A stretch of 64,000 nt of DNA, taken from contig NIVC01003831.1 of NCBI GenBank assembly GCA_002269645.1, positions 10,650 through 74,649 of the forward strand. The letters are read 5' to 3'. Origin of the DNA: Macrostomum lignano. Lineage: Eukaryota. Every line of letters begins with the position of its first letter. Position 1 is the first letter of the stretch. Both the position numbers and the translations under genes were made by a program. The notes beneath the pieces are model-generated. The model saw nothing but the letters and a program-made list of their open reading frames with translations. It was not told where the DNA came from and ran no database searches. Of this stretch, positions 23,920 through 37,135 are shown in pieces.

Positions 23920-26900
23920 GTGCCTACCCATACAGTCCATCACCCCACTGTAACCAGCTAATTACCTTTTGCCCCGCCCAGATACTCGCGACCGCTGCAC
24001 ATAATCGAAGGCCCCCTGATGCGCGGCATGTCCATAGTAGGCGATCTGTTCGGCTCTGGCAAGATGTTCCTGCCGCAGGTGATCAAATCGGCCAGGGTGA
24101 TGAAGAAGGCCGTGGGCCATCTGGTGCCATTTATGGAGGCTGAGCGGCTCGCCGCCTGCGCCAGCAGCGGAGTGGAAGACGATGGCCAGCCAAAGTACGC
24201 CGGGACCGTGATTATGGCGACAGTGAAGGGCGACGTGCACGACATTGGCAAGAATATTGTGTCGGTGGTGCTTGGCTGCAATAATTACAAAGTGGTCGAT
24301 CTCGGCGTTATGACGCCGTGCGAACGGATTCTAGAGGCGGCGATGAGCGAGCGGGCCGACATTATTGGCCTGTCCGGATTAATCACTCCGTCGCTAGATG
24401 AAATGATTCACGTTGCTAGGTAAGATGGAGTTTTTGCAAGCATTGCATTGAATTATAAGATGACGAGGCACTTTAGTGTCCATTTGCAGTCTTAGTTGCT
24501 CTCGCTGCTTACCCAACAATGTGCTGCAATCTGTCCTAATAAGATGCCGAGGCACTTTAGTGTCTGTTCACAGTCATAGTTACTCACGCTGCTTACCCAA
24601 AGTATGTGATTTGATCTATTCTAATAAGCTGACGAGGCACTTCAAGATCTGTTAACAATCAAGTTGCTCCCGTTGCTTACCTGATGCATTTATGATTTGG
24701 TCTGTCGGAATAAAAAAGAACAAACAATTTTGTATTTTGTACACAATTTTCAGAGAGATGCAACGCTGCGGCATGACAATGCCTCTATTAATTGGCGGCG
24801 CAACCACCAGCCGGCAGCACACGGCTGTGAAAATTGCACCCCGCTACACTACCTCGCCAGTTGTGCACGTGGCCGACGCTTCTAAAGCTGTTGTGGTTGT
24901 CGGAGCCCTGCTAGATAGTCAGATGAGCTTGGACTTTGCGGAGGAAACGGCCGAAGAGTACGCTGTTATTCGGGATGAGCACTATGCCGGACTGCAGGTA
25001 TGAATAAAAGTACATTCTGATCTTTTTTACATGCCTACCTGTATCATACTTGACTCCTGCTGTTTAGCGCTAGTATAATCAGGTGACGAGGCATTAAAAC
25101 CACAGCAGACAGGTAGGTTACTCCTGCTGTTTACCCAGAAGATCTAGGAAACTAAGTCTATTTAGATGACGAGGCATTTGGCTTTTGTAAGACAGACATA
25201 GTTACTCCTGCTGCTTACCCACAGGAGCGTCGCTACTACAGTCTGAAGGACGCCAGACAGCGCAAGCCGGTCATTGACTGGAGCAGCCACTCACCAGTTC
25301 GCCCGACCTTCCTTGGCGTGCGCCACTGGTCCGACTGGGACCTCAATGAGCTGCTGCCCTACATCGACTGGAAGCCGTTCTTCGACGTCTGGCAGCTTCG
25401 CGGCCGCTATCCTAATCGAGGCTATCCGGCCATCTTCCGCGACGAAAGAGTTGGCGCACAGGCCAAGCAGGTGTTCGACGATGCCCAGGTGAGAGAACTA
25501 ATCAACCATGAAGTCCTAATCCTTGCTTTGGTTCATAGATGAAGTCCAATGTGGGTTTTCGGCATCTACATGTAGGTTTTACGCCCGCGGGCCACATGCG
25601 GCCCACAAAGCCGGTTCCTTTGAGTCTTCACAAGAGTAATACGGCCCGCTCAATGTTCATGTGTCTCTTTTCAGATTTTTCTCCCCTCTCTCCTCTCCCC
25701 TCTTTCCTCTCCCCTCTCTCCTCTCCTTTCCCCTCTCTCCTCTCCCCTCTCCTCTCCTCTCCCCTCTCTCCTCTCCCCTCTTTCCTCTCCCCTCTCTCCT
25801 CTCCTCTCTCCTCTCCTCTCTCCTCTCTCCTCTCCCCTCTCTCCTCTCCCCTCTCTCCTCTCCTCTCTCCTCTCTCATCTCCCCTTTCCTCTCTCCTGTC
25901 CTTTCTCCTCTCTCCCCTCTCTCCCCTCTTCCTTCTCCCCTCTCCCCTCTCCTCTCTTTTCTCCTCTATCCCTTCTCCTCTCTCCCCTCTCCTCTCTCCT
26001 CTCTCCTCTCCCATCCCTCTCTTCCCTCTCCCTTCTCGTCTCCTCTCTCCTCTCCCCTCTCCTCTCTCCTCCCCTCTATTATCTCCTCTTTCCCCTCTCC
26101 CCCTTCTCTTTCCTCTCTCCTCTCCTGTCTCCCATCTTCTCTCTTTTTCCCCTCTTTCCCTTCATTCTCCCCTCTCCTGTCTCCCCTCTTCTCTCATCTG
26201 TTCTCTAATCTCTTTTCTACGAGCTCGTTTTCCCTCTCTTTTCCTCTCTCACCTGGCCCGCAGCCATGAGCTGGTTTCTTTATCTGGCCCTTGTGGTAAA
26301 TAAGTTCGCCGACCCCTGGTTAAAAACGTTACTGCGACAAGAACTGCTAAAGAGTGATGGCAAACAAACAATTCACTAGTTGACCTCTAGCAACTCCAAG
26401 GCAACTCTTGTGACTTTTTAGCGACTCAAACGACTGAGTGCATCACGGGAGTTGTAGAATCTTAAAATAGTCTCGAAAAAGTTGTCCAATAGACATCTAG
26501 TCGTTTAGAGTCGTCTAGAGTCGCTTCTTTCCTATTTTACCCAGGTGTTACCTGCAACAACTCTGTCGCGCTTTTTGGCCTAGGTACTGTTTTCATCGGG
26601 CTAAATGTTAAATCCCCACCCCCCTAATTGCCAGGCCCTGCTAGCCAGAATTATCAAAGAGAAGCTGCTCCGAGCCGCCGCCAGCGTAGCCTTTTATCCC
26701 GCCTACGCCGAAGGCGACGACATTGTGCTGACTAAGCCGGAGGGCGACTCAAGCGACCGGCTGGCCTGCCTGCGTGGCCTCCGACAGCAGGCCGTGCGAG
26801 AGCAGCACGACTCCTGCGCCTCTATTAGCGACTTTGTGCGGCCAGGTTAGTGCCGGGTGGGGGAATTATTTTCGGGGATTTCTGCCTAGATGGGATATTA

Positions 26901-29900
26901 TCCTGATTGGGAGGATTATTGGGAAATATGGAAGTATAGAATTGTTTGAGGTCGATTCTTATTTTGGGATTCCTAGATCTCTAAGAGAATATAATAGGAT
27001 ATTTCTGATTGTTGGGATATCTATCTGTAAGGGGATATTTTTGATTGTTGGGATTTCTATCTGTAAGGGGATATTTCTGATTGTTGGGATTTCTATCTGT
27101 AAGGGGATATTTTTGATTGTGGGGATTTCTATCTGTACGAGGATATGGGGATTTCTATCTGTAAGGGGATATTTCTGATTGTTGGGATTTCTATCTGTAA
27201 GGGGATATTTCTGATTGTTGGGATTTCTATCTGTAAGGGGATATTTTTGATTGTGGGGATTTCTATCTGTACGAGGATATGGGGATTTCTATCTGTAAGG
27301 GGATATTTCTGATTGTTGGGATTTCTATCTGTAAAGGGATATTTCTGATTGTTGGGATTTCTATCTGTAGGGGGATATTTCTGATTGTTGGGATTTCTAT
27401 CTGTAAGGGGATATTTCTGATTGAAAGATTCCGTCTATTATGATCTTCGTCGATAAAGAGGATGAAGATGGTACTCGTATTTGACAAGGGATATAGTCTG
27501 TAAACTATTCTCCAGGCCCGCCCGAGTCCGGTGCCGAGCCGCTCGACTACGTCGGCGTTTTCGCCGTCACCGCCGGCCTCGGCTGCGACCAGCTGTGCGC
27601 CGAATTCGAGGCTGCTAGCGACGACTACAACAGCATCATGGCCAAGGCCCTGGCCGACCGCCTGGCCGAGGCCTTGGCCGAGAGGATGCACCTGCTGGTG
27701 CGCCACCGACTGTGGGGCTACGCTGATGGCGGCGCGGAGGCCGCAACCGCAACAGAGATTGACAATCTGAGCGCCGACGCAACGCAGGAACTGCTCAGGC
27801 AGCGGTGAGAGATCTGGGTTGCTAATCCCCGTTTCTGATCCCACCTGACCCAGTTTCTGATCCCACCTGACCCAGTTTCTGATCCCACCTGACCCAGTTT
27901 CTGATCCCACCTGACCCAGTTTCTGATCCCACTGACCCAGTTTCTGATCTCACCTGACCCAGTTTCTGATCCCACCTGACCCAGTTTCTGATCCCACCTG
28001 ACCCAGTTTCTGATCCCGCTGACCCAGTTTCTGATCCCACCTGACCCAGTTTCTGATCCCGCTGACCCAGTTTCTGATCCCGCTGACCCAGTTTCTGATC
28101 CCACCTGACCCAGTTTCTGATCCCACCTGACCCAGTTTCTGATCCCACCTGAACTAGTTTCTGATCTCACCTGACCCAGTTTCTGATCCCACCTGACCCA
28201 GTTTCTGATCCCACCTGACCCAGTTTCTGATCCCACCTGACCCAGTTTCTGATCCCACTTTCTCCTACCGTCACTTCTACCCTTGGCCATCGTCCATCAC
28301 TTGGCCATCGTCACTTTCTCCTACCTGACCCAGTTTCTGATCCCACCTGACCCAGTTTCTGATCCCACCTGACCCAGTTTCTGATCCCGCTGAAAATTTT
28401 GCAGCTACGACGGCATCCGGCCGGCCCCAGGCTACCCGTCGCAGCCGGACCACACTGAGAAGCGGACACTGTGGGAACTGGCCAAGCCTGAGCAGGTGGG
28501 CATTGAGCTGTCCGACACTCTGGCCATGATGCCGGCCGCCTCTGTCAGCGGCGTCTACCTGGCGCATCCGCAGTCCTACTACTTTGCTGTTGGCAAGATT
28601 GAGAAGGATCAGGTGAGTCTGGGGTGGGAGAGGTTGCCGCTGTACTTAAAGGTAGAGTGACGGTAGGAGAAAGGTAGAGGGAGGGTAGGAGAAAGGTAGA
28701 GGGAGGGTAGGAGAAAGGTAGAGTGAGGGTAGGAGAAAGGTAGAGTGACGGTAGGAGAAAGGTAGAGTGACGGTATGAGAAAGGTAGAATGACGGTAGGA
28801 GAAAGGTAGAGTGAGGGTAGGAGAAAGGTAGAGTGAGGGTAGGAGAAAGGTAGAGTGACGGTAGGAGAAAGGTAGAGTGAGGGTAGGAGAAAGGTAGAGG
28901 GAGGGTAGGAGAAAGGTAGAGGAAGGGTAGAAGAAAGGTAGAGTGAGGGTAGGAGAAAGGTAGAGTGAGGGTAGGAGAAAGGTAGAGTGAGGGCAGGAGA
29001 AAGGTAAAGTGAGGGTAGGAGAAAGGTAGAATGAGGGTAGGAGAAAGGTAGAGTGAGGGTAGGAGAAAGGTAGAATGACGGTAGGAGAAAGGTAGAGTGA
29101 GGGCAGGAGAAAGGTAGAGTGAGGGTAGGAGAAAGGTAGAGTGAGGGTAGGAGAAGTAGACATAGAAACTGTGAGAAGAGAGTTGATTTCTTAACCCCGT
29201 CATCACTAAAATCCTTACCCAAATTACAAAATGTTTAGCAACTAGAATTTCTTCAAATTATAATACCTCTGGGGTTAGGCGCAAAAAACTTGTAAGCGTA
29301 AAGGTCTTTGCAAAATTTTGTTGCCCTTATTTCCAATGGAATTTATTGGTGAAATAATTTTCACCGCGTGTAGTCAAACCGGTTTTCCACCGCTCCTGCA
29401 AAAAAATTCGGTTAAAATTATAACAAGAAAGTTTGCAATGCCCTCTACGCAGTTGATAGCGAAGGTCAGTGCGTGTGTTTGGCCGGGAGTCTTCCCGCTC
29501 TTGCTAAGTGTGAATTTTTAGCCACGTGTCTGGCCGGAATTTTCTGTCACAGGCCGCCTGTTGGAAAACAGTGACTGACTTACTGACTGACTGTACGCTG
29601 GAGAAAATTTCCGTACAAATATTCCTTTAGATAAAAAGATAAGAACGGGTTACACCGCGCCCTGTGCGGATTCCACCGCGACTGCAGATTATTATTAAAC
29701 TGGATTGTCTGAGTTCAACTCCTGACTGTAACTGCTTCTCACTGTGTACTCTACATAAAAAATTGGCTAGTTATATTTCACCTAGTTATATCTATCTATC
29801 TCACCCATTCTCAAATTTATCTCACCATTTCTGGAATCTATCTCATCCCGTTCTGGAATCTATCTCACCCTTTCTGGAATCTATCTCACCCTTTCTGGAA

Positions 29901-30609
29901 TCTATCTCGCCCTTTCTCGAATCTTTATCTCACCCTTTCTCGAATGTATATCTCACCCTTTCTCGAATCTATCTCACCCTTTCTGGAATCTATCTCGCCC
30001 TTTCTGGAATCTATCTCACCCTTTCTCGAATCTATCTCATCCCGTTCTCGAATCTATCTCACTCTTTCTCGAATCTATCTCACCCTTTCTGGAATCTATC
30101 TCGCCCTTTCTCGAATCTTTATCTCACCCTTTCTCGAATGTATATCTCACCCTTTCTCGAATCTATCTCACCCTTTCTGGAATCTATCTCGCCCTTTCTG
30201 GAATCTATCTCACCCTTTCTCGAATCTATCTCATCCCGTTCTCGAATCTATCTCACTCTTTCTCGAATCTATCTCACCCTTTCTGGAATCTATCTCATCC
30301 CGTTCTCGAATCTATCTCACCCTTTCTCGAATCTATCTCACCTTTTCTCGAATCTATATCTCACCCTTTCTCGAATCTATATCTCACCCTTCTCAAATCT
30401 ATCTCACCCTTTCTCGAATCTATCTCACTTATTTCAGATCTATCCCAACCCAACTGAAATCTATCTCACCAATCTCAACATCCATCTCACCCACCTATCT
30501 CACCTCTCCCCTACTTGCACAGGTGGAGGACTACGCCAGTCGTAAGGGCATCAGCGTTGATGAAGCCGAGCGGCAGCTGGGCACAATTCTGGCTTACAGT
30601 GACGAATAA
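18340..30609 (+). CDS. MTR: Cobalamin-dependent methionine synthase, 12 exons, 1275 aa: 18340-18546, 18901-19206, 19820-20515, 21051-21395, 22528-23060, 23982-24419, 24754-24997, 25225-25488, 26635-26845, 27516-27804, 28405-28612, 30523-30609
   Basis: All introns are GT-AG with consistent phases and the CDS totals 3828 nt. Motifs: [20 protein letters not shown] and GGCC (Zn ligands), [18 protein letters not shown] (B12 DxHxxG), GIRPAPGYP. Confidence 0.97.
18614..18846. repeat. ~27-bp minisatellite, MTR intron 1
   Basis: Unit ~agcatcccccttgagccatggcccctc. Confidence 0.85.
19400..19619 (-). mobile_element. Degenerate MITE of the CATACATGCGCAAC family, MTR intron 2, inverted relative to the 21916 copy
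   Basis: Ends catgcgcaac...cgcatgtatg. Flanks ataatgaa/atagtgaa (7 of 8 match). Internal motif is the reverse complement of 22033-22088. Confidence 0.6.
20610..21040. repeat. 23-bp minisatellite, MTR intron 3
   Basis: Unit ccacacccagaatcgcccccata. Confidence 0.92.
21790..22385. repeat. 23-bp minisatellite, MTR intron 4, interrupted by a MITE
   Basis: Unit ttaggatgctagtttaggtagat. Confidence 0.88.
21916..22208 (+). mobile_element. 293-bp MITE with 14-bp TIR and 8-bp TSD (hAT- or P-like)
   Basis: TIRs catacatgcgcaac (21916-21929) and gttgcgcatgtatg (22195-22208). TSD tttaggat on both sides. Confidence 0.88.
23090..23920. repeat. (TCTG)n microsatellite with tcttagtg interruptions, MTR intron 5
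   Basis: Read directly from the sequence. Confidence 0.95.
24455..24682 (+). repeat. Three ~85-bp tandem copies of the MITE-internal motif, MTR intron 6
   Basis: gaygaggca...gttrctc.cgctgcttacc repeated three times. Confidence 0.75.
25084..25224 (+). repeat. Two copies of the MITE-internal motif, MTR intron 7. The last ends at the exon-8 acceptor.
   Basis: tgacgaggcatt...gttactcctgctgyttaccca, twice. Confidence 0.78.
25580..26318 (+). mobile_element. hAT-like MITE fragment (right TIR) with long CT-rich interior, MTR intron 8
   Basis: Ends agttcgccgacccctg, the reverse complement of caggggtcggcgaact. Shares an internal motif with the 8044 copy. Confidence 0.6.
26990..27425. repeat. 36-bp minisatellite, MTR intron 9
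   Basis: Unit gattgttgggatttctatctgtaaggggatatttct. Confidence 0.9.
27830..28392. repeat. 22-bp minisatellite, MTR intron 10
   Basis: Unit gatcccacctgacccagtttct. Confidence 0.92.
28650..29160. repeat. 22-bp purine-rich minisatellite, 5' part of MTR intron 11
   Basis: Unit gagggtaggagaaaggtagagt. Confidence 0.92.
29790..30500. repeat. 21-bp pyrimidine-rich minisatellite, 3' part of MTR intron 11
   Basis: Unit gaatctatctcaccctttctc/g. Confidence 0.9.
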
Positions 30610-32297
30610 ATGAACTCATTTGACCGAAACTGTTTGATCGCATTAAATTTATACTTGTATTACTCGTTTTTCCTTACTGCTATTAACTATTGTTTGTAGA
30701 CGTAGCCGAGCCTAACATTTCTAAGCTTCTGGTCAATAGCGCGGTACTGGTTGCTATTACGAGTATGTTAATAATTTGAGCATTCTCTCTGTGTGTTTTC
30801 GGAGTCTCACACAAAGTTTTTGATTAATTTGATTGAAAAATAACTCAATCAAGCCACTTTTTTAATGAGAGATTTTAAATGCTACTTACTAGAAATATGC
30901 GCTAGTAGTGCGATTGCGCATCTATCTAATTTCGTAAAAAGTGTATTGATTCAACTTCCGTGCCTTTAATTGTTACCTGTAGGTCATTCCGGAATCGTTT
31001 AGATCTGTTCGATCTTAATGCGAGTAAGTAATTTGATTAGATTGTTGCAAAATAAACAATTTCAGAATTTAACAGTCATTAAGTTAAAGTGACTGTCTGT
31101 TTTGGCATTGGTCAAATTCCAACTGTAATACAAGAATGTGACTCTTATTTTAAGTTATTAAAAATCTAGAATTTAGTTTCAACTTTCTGTAGGGTACATG
31201 TTGCCTGCAGAATTCACAATTCGAATTATTCTTAAGATTCTGAATTCAGATCGCATGCATGAACTCTGGATTCTGAGGATGAATCACAGATTCTAAAGAT
31301 TTCACCTACACCCTCTTTTTTCCCTTTTCCGCATCCCCGCCTTGCCCTCCCCATCTCCACCTCTCGTATCTCCCATCTCCACTCTCCCATCTCCCATCTC
31401 CACCTCTCTCATCTCCCATCTCCACCTCTCTCATCTCCCATCTCCACCTCTCGCCTCTCCCATCCTCACCTCTCCATTTTCCATCTCCACTTCTTCCCTC
31501 GCCCCAGCTTCTCTCCCCCGCCTCCCCCCAAGCCCCCCTCCTTTAGCTTCGGCCTGCTGTCGTCGCCTCATGACCTCGCCTCTACAGGAACTCTGGGTAT
31601 ACTGAGTTATTCATTGTGTGGAAATGCCGGCTGTTGGGATTTCGTACATGTGCAAGGCCTACTAAAGTAGCACAGGGAGAAGGGATCGAGGTCCCAGTAA
31701 CTCCCCTCTACACTGTCTATGGCTCAGCTCGGTGACAGGTTCAAAAAGTACAAAATGGATCAACAATGAAGTCGGCCAGTGCAAATCTGATTGCTATAAT
31801 TATTTATGAATATCTGCATTTATACCAACTTTATGGCGCAAAGTGTAATGCGCAATACAATGCGGTACTCGTTTAGACACATTTTTATTGCATCGACAAT
31901 GAGTACGTAAAAAGGAAAGAGCTCAGATTTTTGAGTGCATTAAAATCCGCGTAATTCCGCGACAGCCTTCTCAAATAACAAGTTTACTTTTTGTTGTGTA
32001 CGCAGTAAAACTGATGATAATAACTGCTTTGGTCTTTTGTTTTGCATAACTAAATAAGCGGCGTGTTATTTCTTAAGTGCAAAATATTCCCAATTAAATT
32101 GTTAAGTGACGAATGGAAATATGATACAAATTTAATTAGTTAGAGTGTAATAATTGATCAATATAAAGTACAAAATTAATCCAATATAGAACGACTGTAG
32201 AATGCGGTGCGACTTCGTTTTAACGATTGGCTGTGGGTTGAGATTGAGACTATTGCGAGTTTAGAATGTATATAGCGAGCACTCAAGCGAAACCATG

Positions 32298-33835
32298 GAG
32301 GGGTCACAACACCTGCAGAACGGTCACAACACCCGAGGAGGGGTCACAGCACCCGAGGAGGGGTCACAGCACCCGAGGAGGGGTCACAGCACCCGAGGAG
32401 GGGTCACAGCACCCGAGGAGGGGTCACAGCACCCGAGGAGGGGTCACAGCACCCGAGGAGGGGTCACAGCACCCGAGGAGGGGTCACAGCACCCGAGGAG
32501 GGGTCACAGCACCCGAGGAGGGGTCACAACACCCGAGGAGGGGTCACAGCACCCGAAGAGGGGTCACAACACCCGAGGAGGGGTCACAGCACCCGAGGAG
32601 GGGTCACAGCACCCGAGGAGGGGTCACAACACTCGAGGAGGGGTCACAGCACCCGAGGAGGGGTCACAACACCCGAGGAGGGGTCACAACACCCGAGGAG
32701 GGGTCACAGCACCCGAGGAGGGGTCACAACACCCGAGGAGGGGTCACAACACCCGAGGAGGGGTCACAACACCCGAGGAGGGGTCACAACACCCGAGGAG
32801 GGGTCACAACACCCGAGGAGGGGTCACAGCACCCGAGGAGGGGTCACAGCACCCGAGGAGGGGTCACAGCACCCGAGGAGGGGTCACAGCACCCGAGGAG
32901 GGGTCACAGCACCCGAGGAGGGGTCACAGCACCCGAGGAGGGGTCACAACACCCGAGGAGGGGTCACAGCACCCGAAGAGGGGTCACAACACCCGAGGAG
33001 GGGTCACAGCACCCGAGGAGGGGTCACAGCACCCGAGGAGGGGTCACAACACCCGAGGAGGGGTCACAGCACCCGAAGAGGGGTCACAACACCCGAGGAG
33101 GGGTCACAGCACCCGAGGAGGGGTCACAGCACCCGAGGAGGGGTCACAACACCCGAGGAGGGGTCACAGCACCCGAGGAGGGGTCACAACACCCGAGGAG
33201 GGGTCACAACACCCGAGGAGGGGTCACAGCACCCGAGGAGGGGTCACAACACCCGAGGAGGGGTCACAACACCCGAGGAGGGGTCACAACACCCGAGGAG
33301 GGGTCACAACACCCGAGGAGGGGTCACAACACCCGAGGAGGGGTCACAGCACCCGAGGAGGGGTCACAGCACCCGAGGAGGGGTCACAGCACCCGAGGAG
33401 GGGTCACAGCACCCGAGGAGGGGTCACAGCACCCGAGGAGGGGTCACAGCACCCGAGGAGGGGTCACAACACCCGAGGAGGGGTCACAACACCCGAGGAG
33501 GGGTCACAACACCCGAGGAGGGGTCACAGCACCCGAGGAGGGGTCACAACACCCGAGGAGGGGTCACAACAGCCGAGGAGGGGTCACAACACCCGAGGAG
33601 GGGTCACAGCACCCGAGGAGGGGTCACAGCACCCGAGGAGGGGTCACAGCACCCGAGGAGGGGTCACAGCACCCGAGGAGGGGTCACAGCACCCGAGGAG
33701 GGGTCACAGCACCCGAGGAGGGGTCACAGCACCCGAGGAGGGGTCACAGCACCCGAGGAGGGGTCACAGCACCCGAGGAGGGGTCACAGCACCCGAGGAG
33801 GGGTCACAACACCCAAAGAAGAGTCACACCCCGAG
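32298..33835. repeat. 20-bp minisatellite, about 75 copies, between convergent genes
   Basis: Unit acccgaggaggggtcacaRc. Confidence 0.97.
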
Positions 33836-33936
33836 GTTAGTAGATATAGTAAAAAAGGGAAGGGCCGCCCTGATCTCGGCATGGGACCACACAGTGAGAG
33901 CCGGACGCAGCCGGGTGTCCCGCAGCCCTTCCTCAC

Positions 33937-36001
33937 TCAGTAGGGCAGGTAGACATGCGAGCTGAACTTCGGCACGGCGTCCTTGAGCCGCCTGTGGCAG
34001 TCCAGAATGATCATCTGCCTGTGCCGGCTGGGGTCAATCATCGGCTCCACCATCTGGCTGGGGGCGTCAACCGACATCGCGCGGAAGTCGTGGTACCTGG
34101 CCAGACTCCAGTAGGGCACTCCGTGATGCGCAGTCAGCAGGGGCTGCTGCGGCGGCTTCTGACCGCCCTCTGCACCGACCTGCTTTGCTGCTTCGTCGAC
34201 GCACAGCACCGGAGTAGCCAACTTGACAGACGACTGGCTGACTTTTGACAGCTGGGTCTGTCCCGTCTGCTTGTCCTGCTGCTGCTGCGATTGCTTCTAG
34301 AGCGGGAAATCGGGCTGTCTGATGCGCGCTTGACTACTGACTTGTACAGTTTGGATAGTAGTCGTAGTAGTGGTAGACAATTTAAAGTTCCTTGTCCATG
34401 TAAATTTTTTTAATTTTTATCTACTCGCTCATAAACTCATCTATGAACTCACTCATGAACTCACCCATGAACTCACTCATGAAATCACCCATGAGGTCAC
34501 TCATGAACTAACTTTTTAACTCACTCATCAACTCACCCATGAACTCACTCATGAATTCACTCATGAACTCACTCATGAAATCACCCATGAGATCACTCAT
34601 GAAATCACCCATGAGATCACTCATGAAATCACCCATGAGATCACTCATGTACTCAATAATGAACTCAATCATGAACTCACTCATGAAATCACCCATGAGA
34701 TCACTCATGAAATCACCCATGAGATCACTCATGAACTCAATAATGAACTCAATCATGAACTCACTCATGAAATCACCCATGAGATCACTCATGAAGTCAC
34801 CCATGAACTCGTTCACTATCTCACATATGAGATCACCCATAAAACCACTCATGAGCTGATGCACTCACCGCATTGTTGGAATTTTTTTGCTTTTGATCAC
34901 CCGCCAAAACTTCCGGTGTGGGCAGCTTAAACTGATTGTTAGTCTGCCTGCAGGCCATCTGCTTCTGCTGCTGCTCTTGCTTTTGCTGCTTCTCTTGCTT
35001 CTGCTGCTTCTCTTGCTTTTGGAGCTTCTCTTGCTTTTGCAGCTTCTCTTGCTTTTGCTGCTTCTCTTGCTTCTGCTGCTGCTCTTGCTTCTGCTGCTGC
35101 TCTTGCTTCTGCTTCTGCTCTGGCGTTTGGTGTTTCCGCTTTCGTTGTTGTGTATTTTCCAGTGTTAAAGACGTATCCAGCTGGTGGTCCCAGAGGGAGC
35201 AGTCCTGCTGCAGGGCTGGTAGTGTGCGGTCGAAATATCATAAATGATTATCCAAAATAAGAAGCCAAATGAGAATCCAAATGAGAATCCAAATGAGAAT
35301 CCAAATGAGAATCTAAATGAGAATCCAAAATGAGAATCTAAATGAGAATCCAAATGAGAATCCAAATGAGACTCCAAATGAGAATCCAAATGAGAATTCA
35401 AATGAGAATCCAAATGAGACTCCAAATGAGAATCTAAATGAGAATCCAAATGAGAATCCAAATGGGAAGCCAAATGAGAATCCAAATGAATCCAAATGAG
35501 AATCCAAATGAGAATCCAAATGAGAATCCAAATGAGAATCCAAATGAGAATCCAAATGAATCCAAATGAGACTCCAAATTAGAATCCAAGTGAGAATCCA
35601 AATGAGACTCCAAATGAGAATCCAAGTGAGAATAAAATTAGAATGCTCAGCTCTCACCAGTCAGCGGCAGAATCATCTTATTGCACATGTTCATCAGGCT
35701 GATCATGAAATCCGTGTTACTGCTGCAAATTTCAGGTGCTCTGCCACCAGTTCTGCCGCAGTCGTTGCGTTTGTGCTGGCGCAGCTCCGTGCTTGCAGGC
35801 GCTTCTGCCTCAGCCTGATAATTGGATTTCAATTGAGTGGATGTTTAACCTGGCCTTTATCCACCTCAGCATCAGCACAATAAACAGGTGCCAACCCGAA
35901 CAGCTCGCACTCACCCGTTCAAAAGCGGCAACTCCGACATCGGGCTGAGCCGGTGTCAGGCGGAACAGCGAATTGACGGACAAGCTGCACAGGTGGGACA
36001 T
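33937..36001 (-). CDS. Hypothetical Q/K/E-rich protein, ~316 aa (exons 36001-35915, 35814-35658, 35215-34869, 34296-33937). May have further 5' exons.
   Basis: Three GTGAG donors and three AG acceptors chain with phases 0, 1, 0 and no stops. Last exon is GC-rich and coding-like (...GVPYWSLARYHDFRAM...IILDCHRRLKDAVPKFSSHVYLPY*). No family recognised. Confidence 0.55.
34430..34857. repeat. 12-bp-based minisatellite in intron of the hypothetical gene
   Basis: Units catgaactcact and catgaaatcacc/catgagatcact. Confidence 0.88.
35268..35632. repeat. 12-bp minisatellite in intron of the hypothetical gene
   Basis: Unit aaatgagaatcc. Confidence 0.9.
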
Positions 36002-36220
36002 GGCTCTCTGCGATGGCCTAATCTTGCTTGCTTTAGCTCTGGCGCGGTGCTACCTAACCTTATCAGGCTGCGCTTGAGGTGCGGCGCTCTGCCCTTTATC
36101 ACAGTTCCGATCAATCTTGAGTCAAAGCTGCATCTTTTAGTCTGTGGTCGAAATATAATCAACAAGTATTTTGCAGTTAGAAGAGAATCGGCTATAAAAT
36201 TGATTTTTGCATGTAAATTC

Positions 36221-36690
<470 letters not shown>

Positions 36691-37135
36691 CAGAATGCAT
36701 TAAAGTTGATTGGCTGCTAGAAATGAGCATATTTATCCTTTATCGATAAAAAATAAGTCTGATAAAAAATTTAGGGGCTTTAGAGACGGATTGACACGGA
36801 TCAACAGAACTAAAACTAGAAGATGAGGCAGTTGAAAAGTACTCGTATTAAAGGCTCAAGTTTCTTGAAATTTGGCTGCGCACGAAATCGAACGAGAGCC
36901 AAGCTGTTGAATCCACCAACAACCAAATCCCAGGAATTTTTATAAGAGCCGATAAAACTAATCGCATTTTATCAAGACTGCCATGAAGACTGCTGCTCTA
37001 CGTTACATAATAAAAAACAAATTTTGCGCTGATTGAATAAAATAAATTAAACGGTGCTTTATCTAGCCTATAGTTTGCCATAACATGTAAATGTAGACCG
37101 CAGTTTTAGTCATAAGTTATTATAACTTCGCTCCG

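Noticed and set aside
24455-24690. Box C/D snoRNA reading of the TGACGA...CTGA motif
   Set aside because: Box C is imperfect and only one copy ends in CTGA; the motif is shared with MITE interiors
32266-33965. 524-aa and 556-aa ORFs
   Set aside because: Artefacts of a stop-free 20-bp repeat, open in multiple frames
34939-35241. Ala/Glu/Arg-rich ORF as the true exon with a GC donor
   Set aside because: The alternative Q/K/E frame runs stop-free to a canonical GTGAGT donor with matching phases
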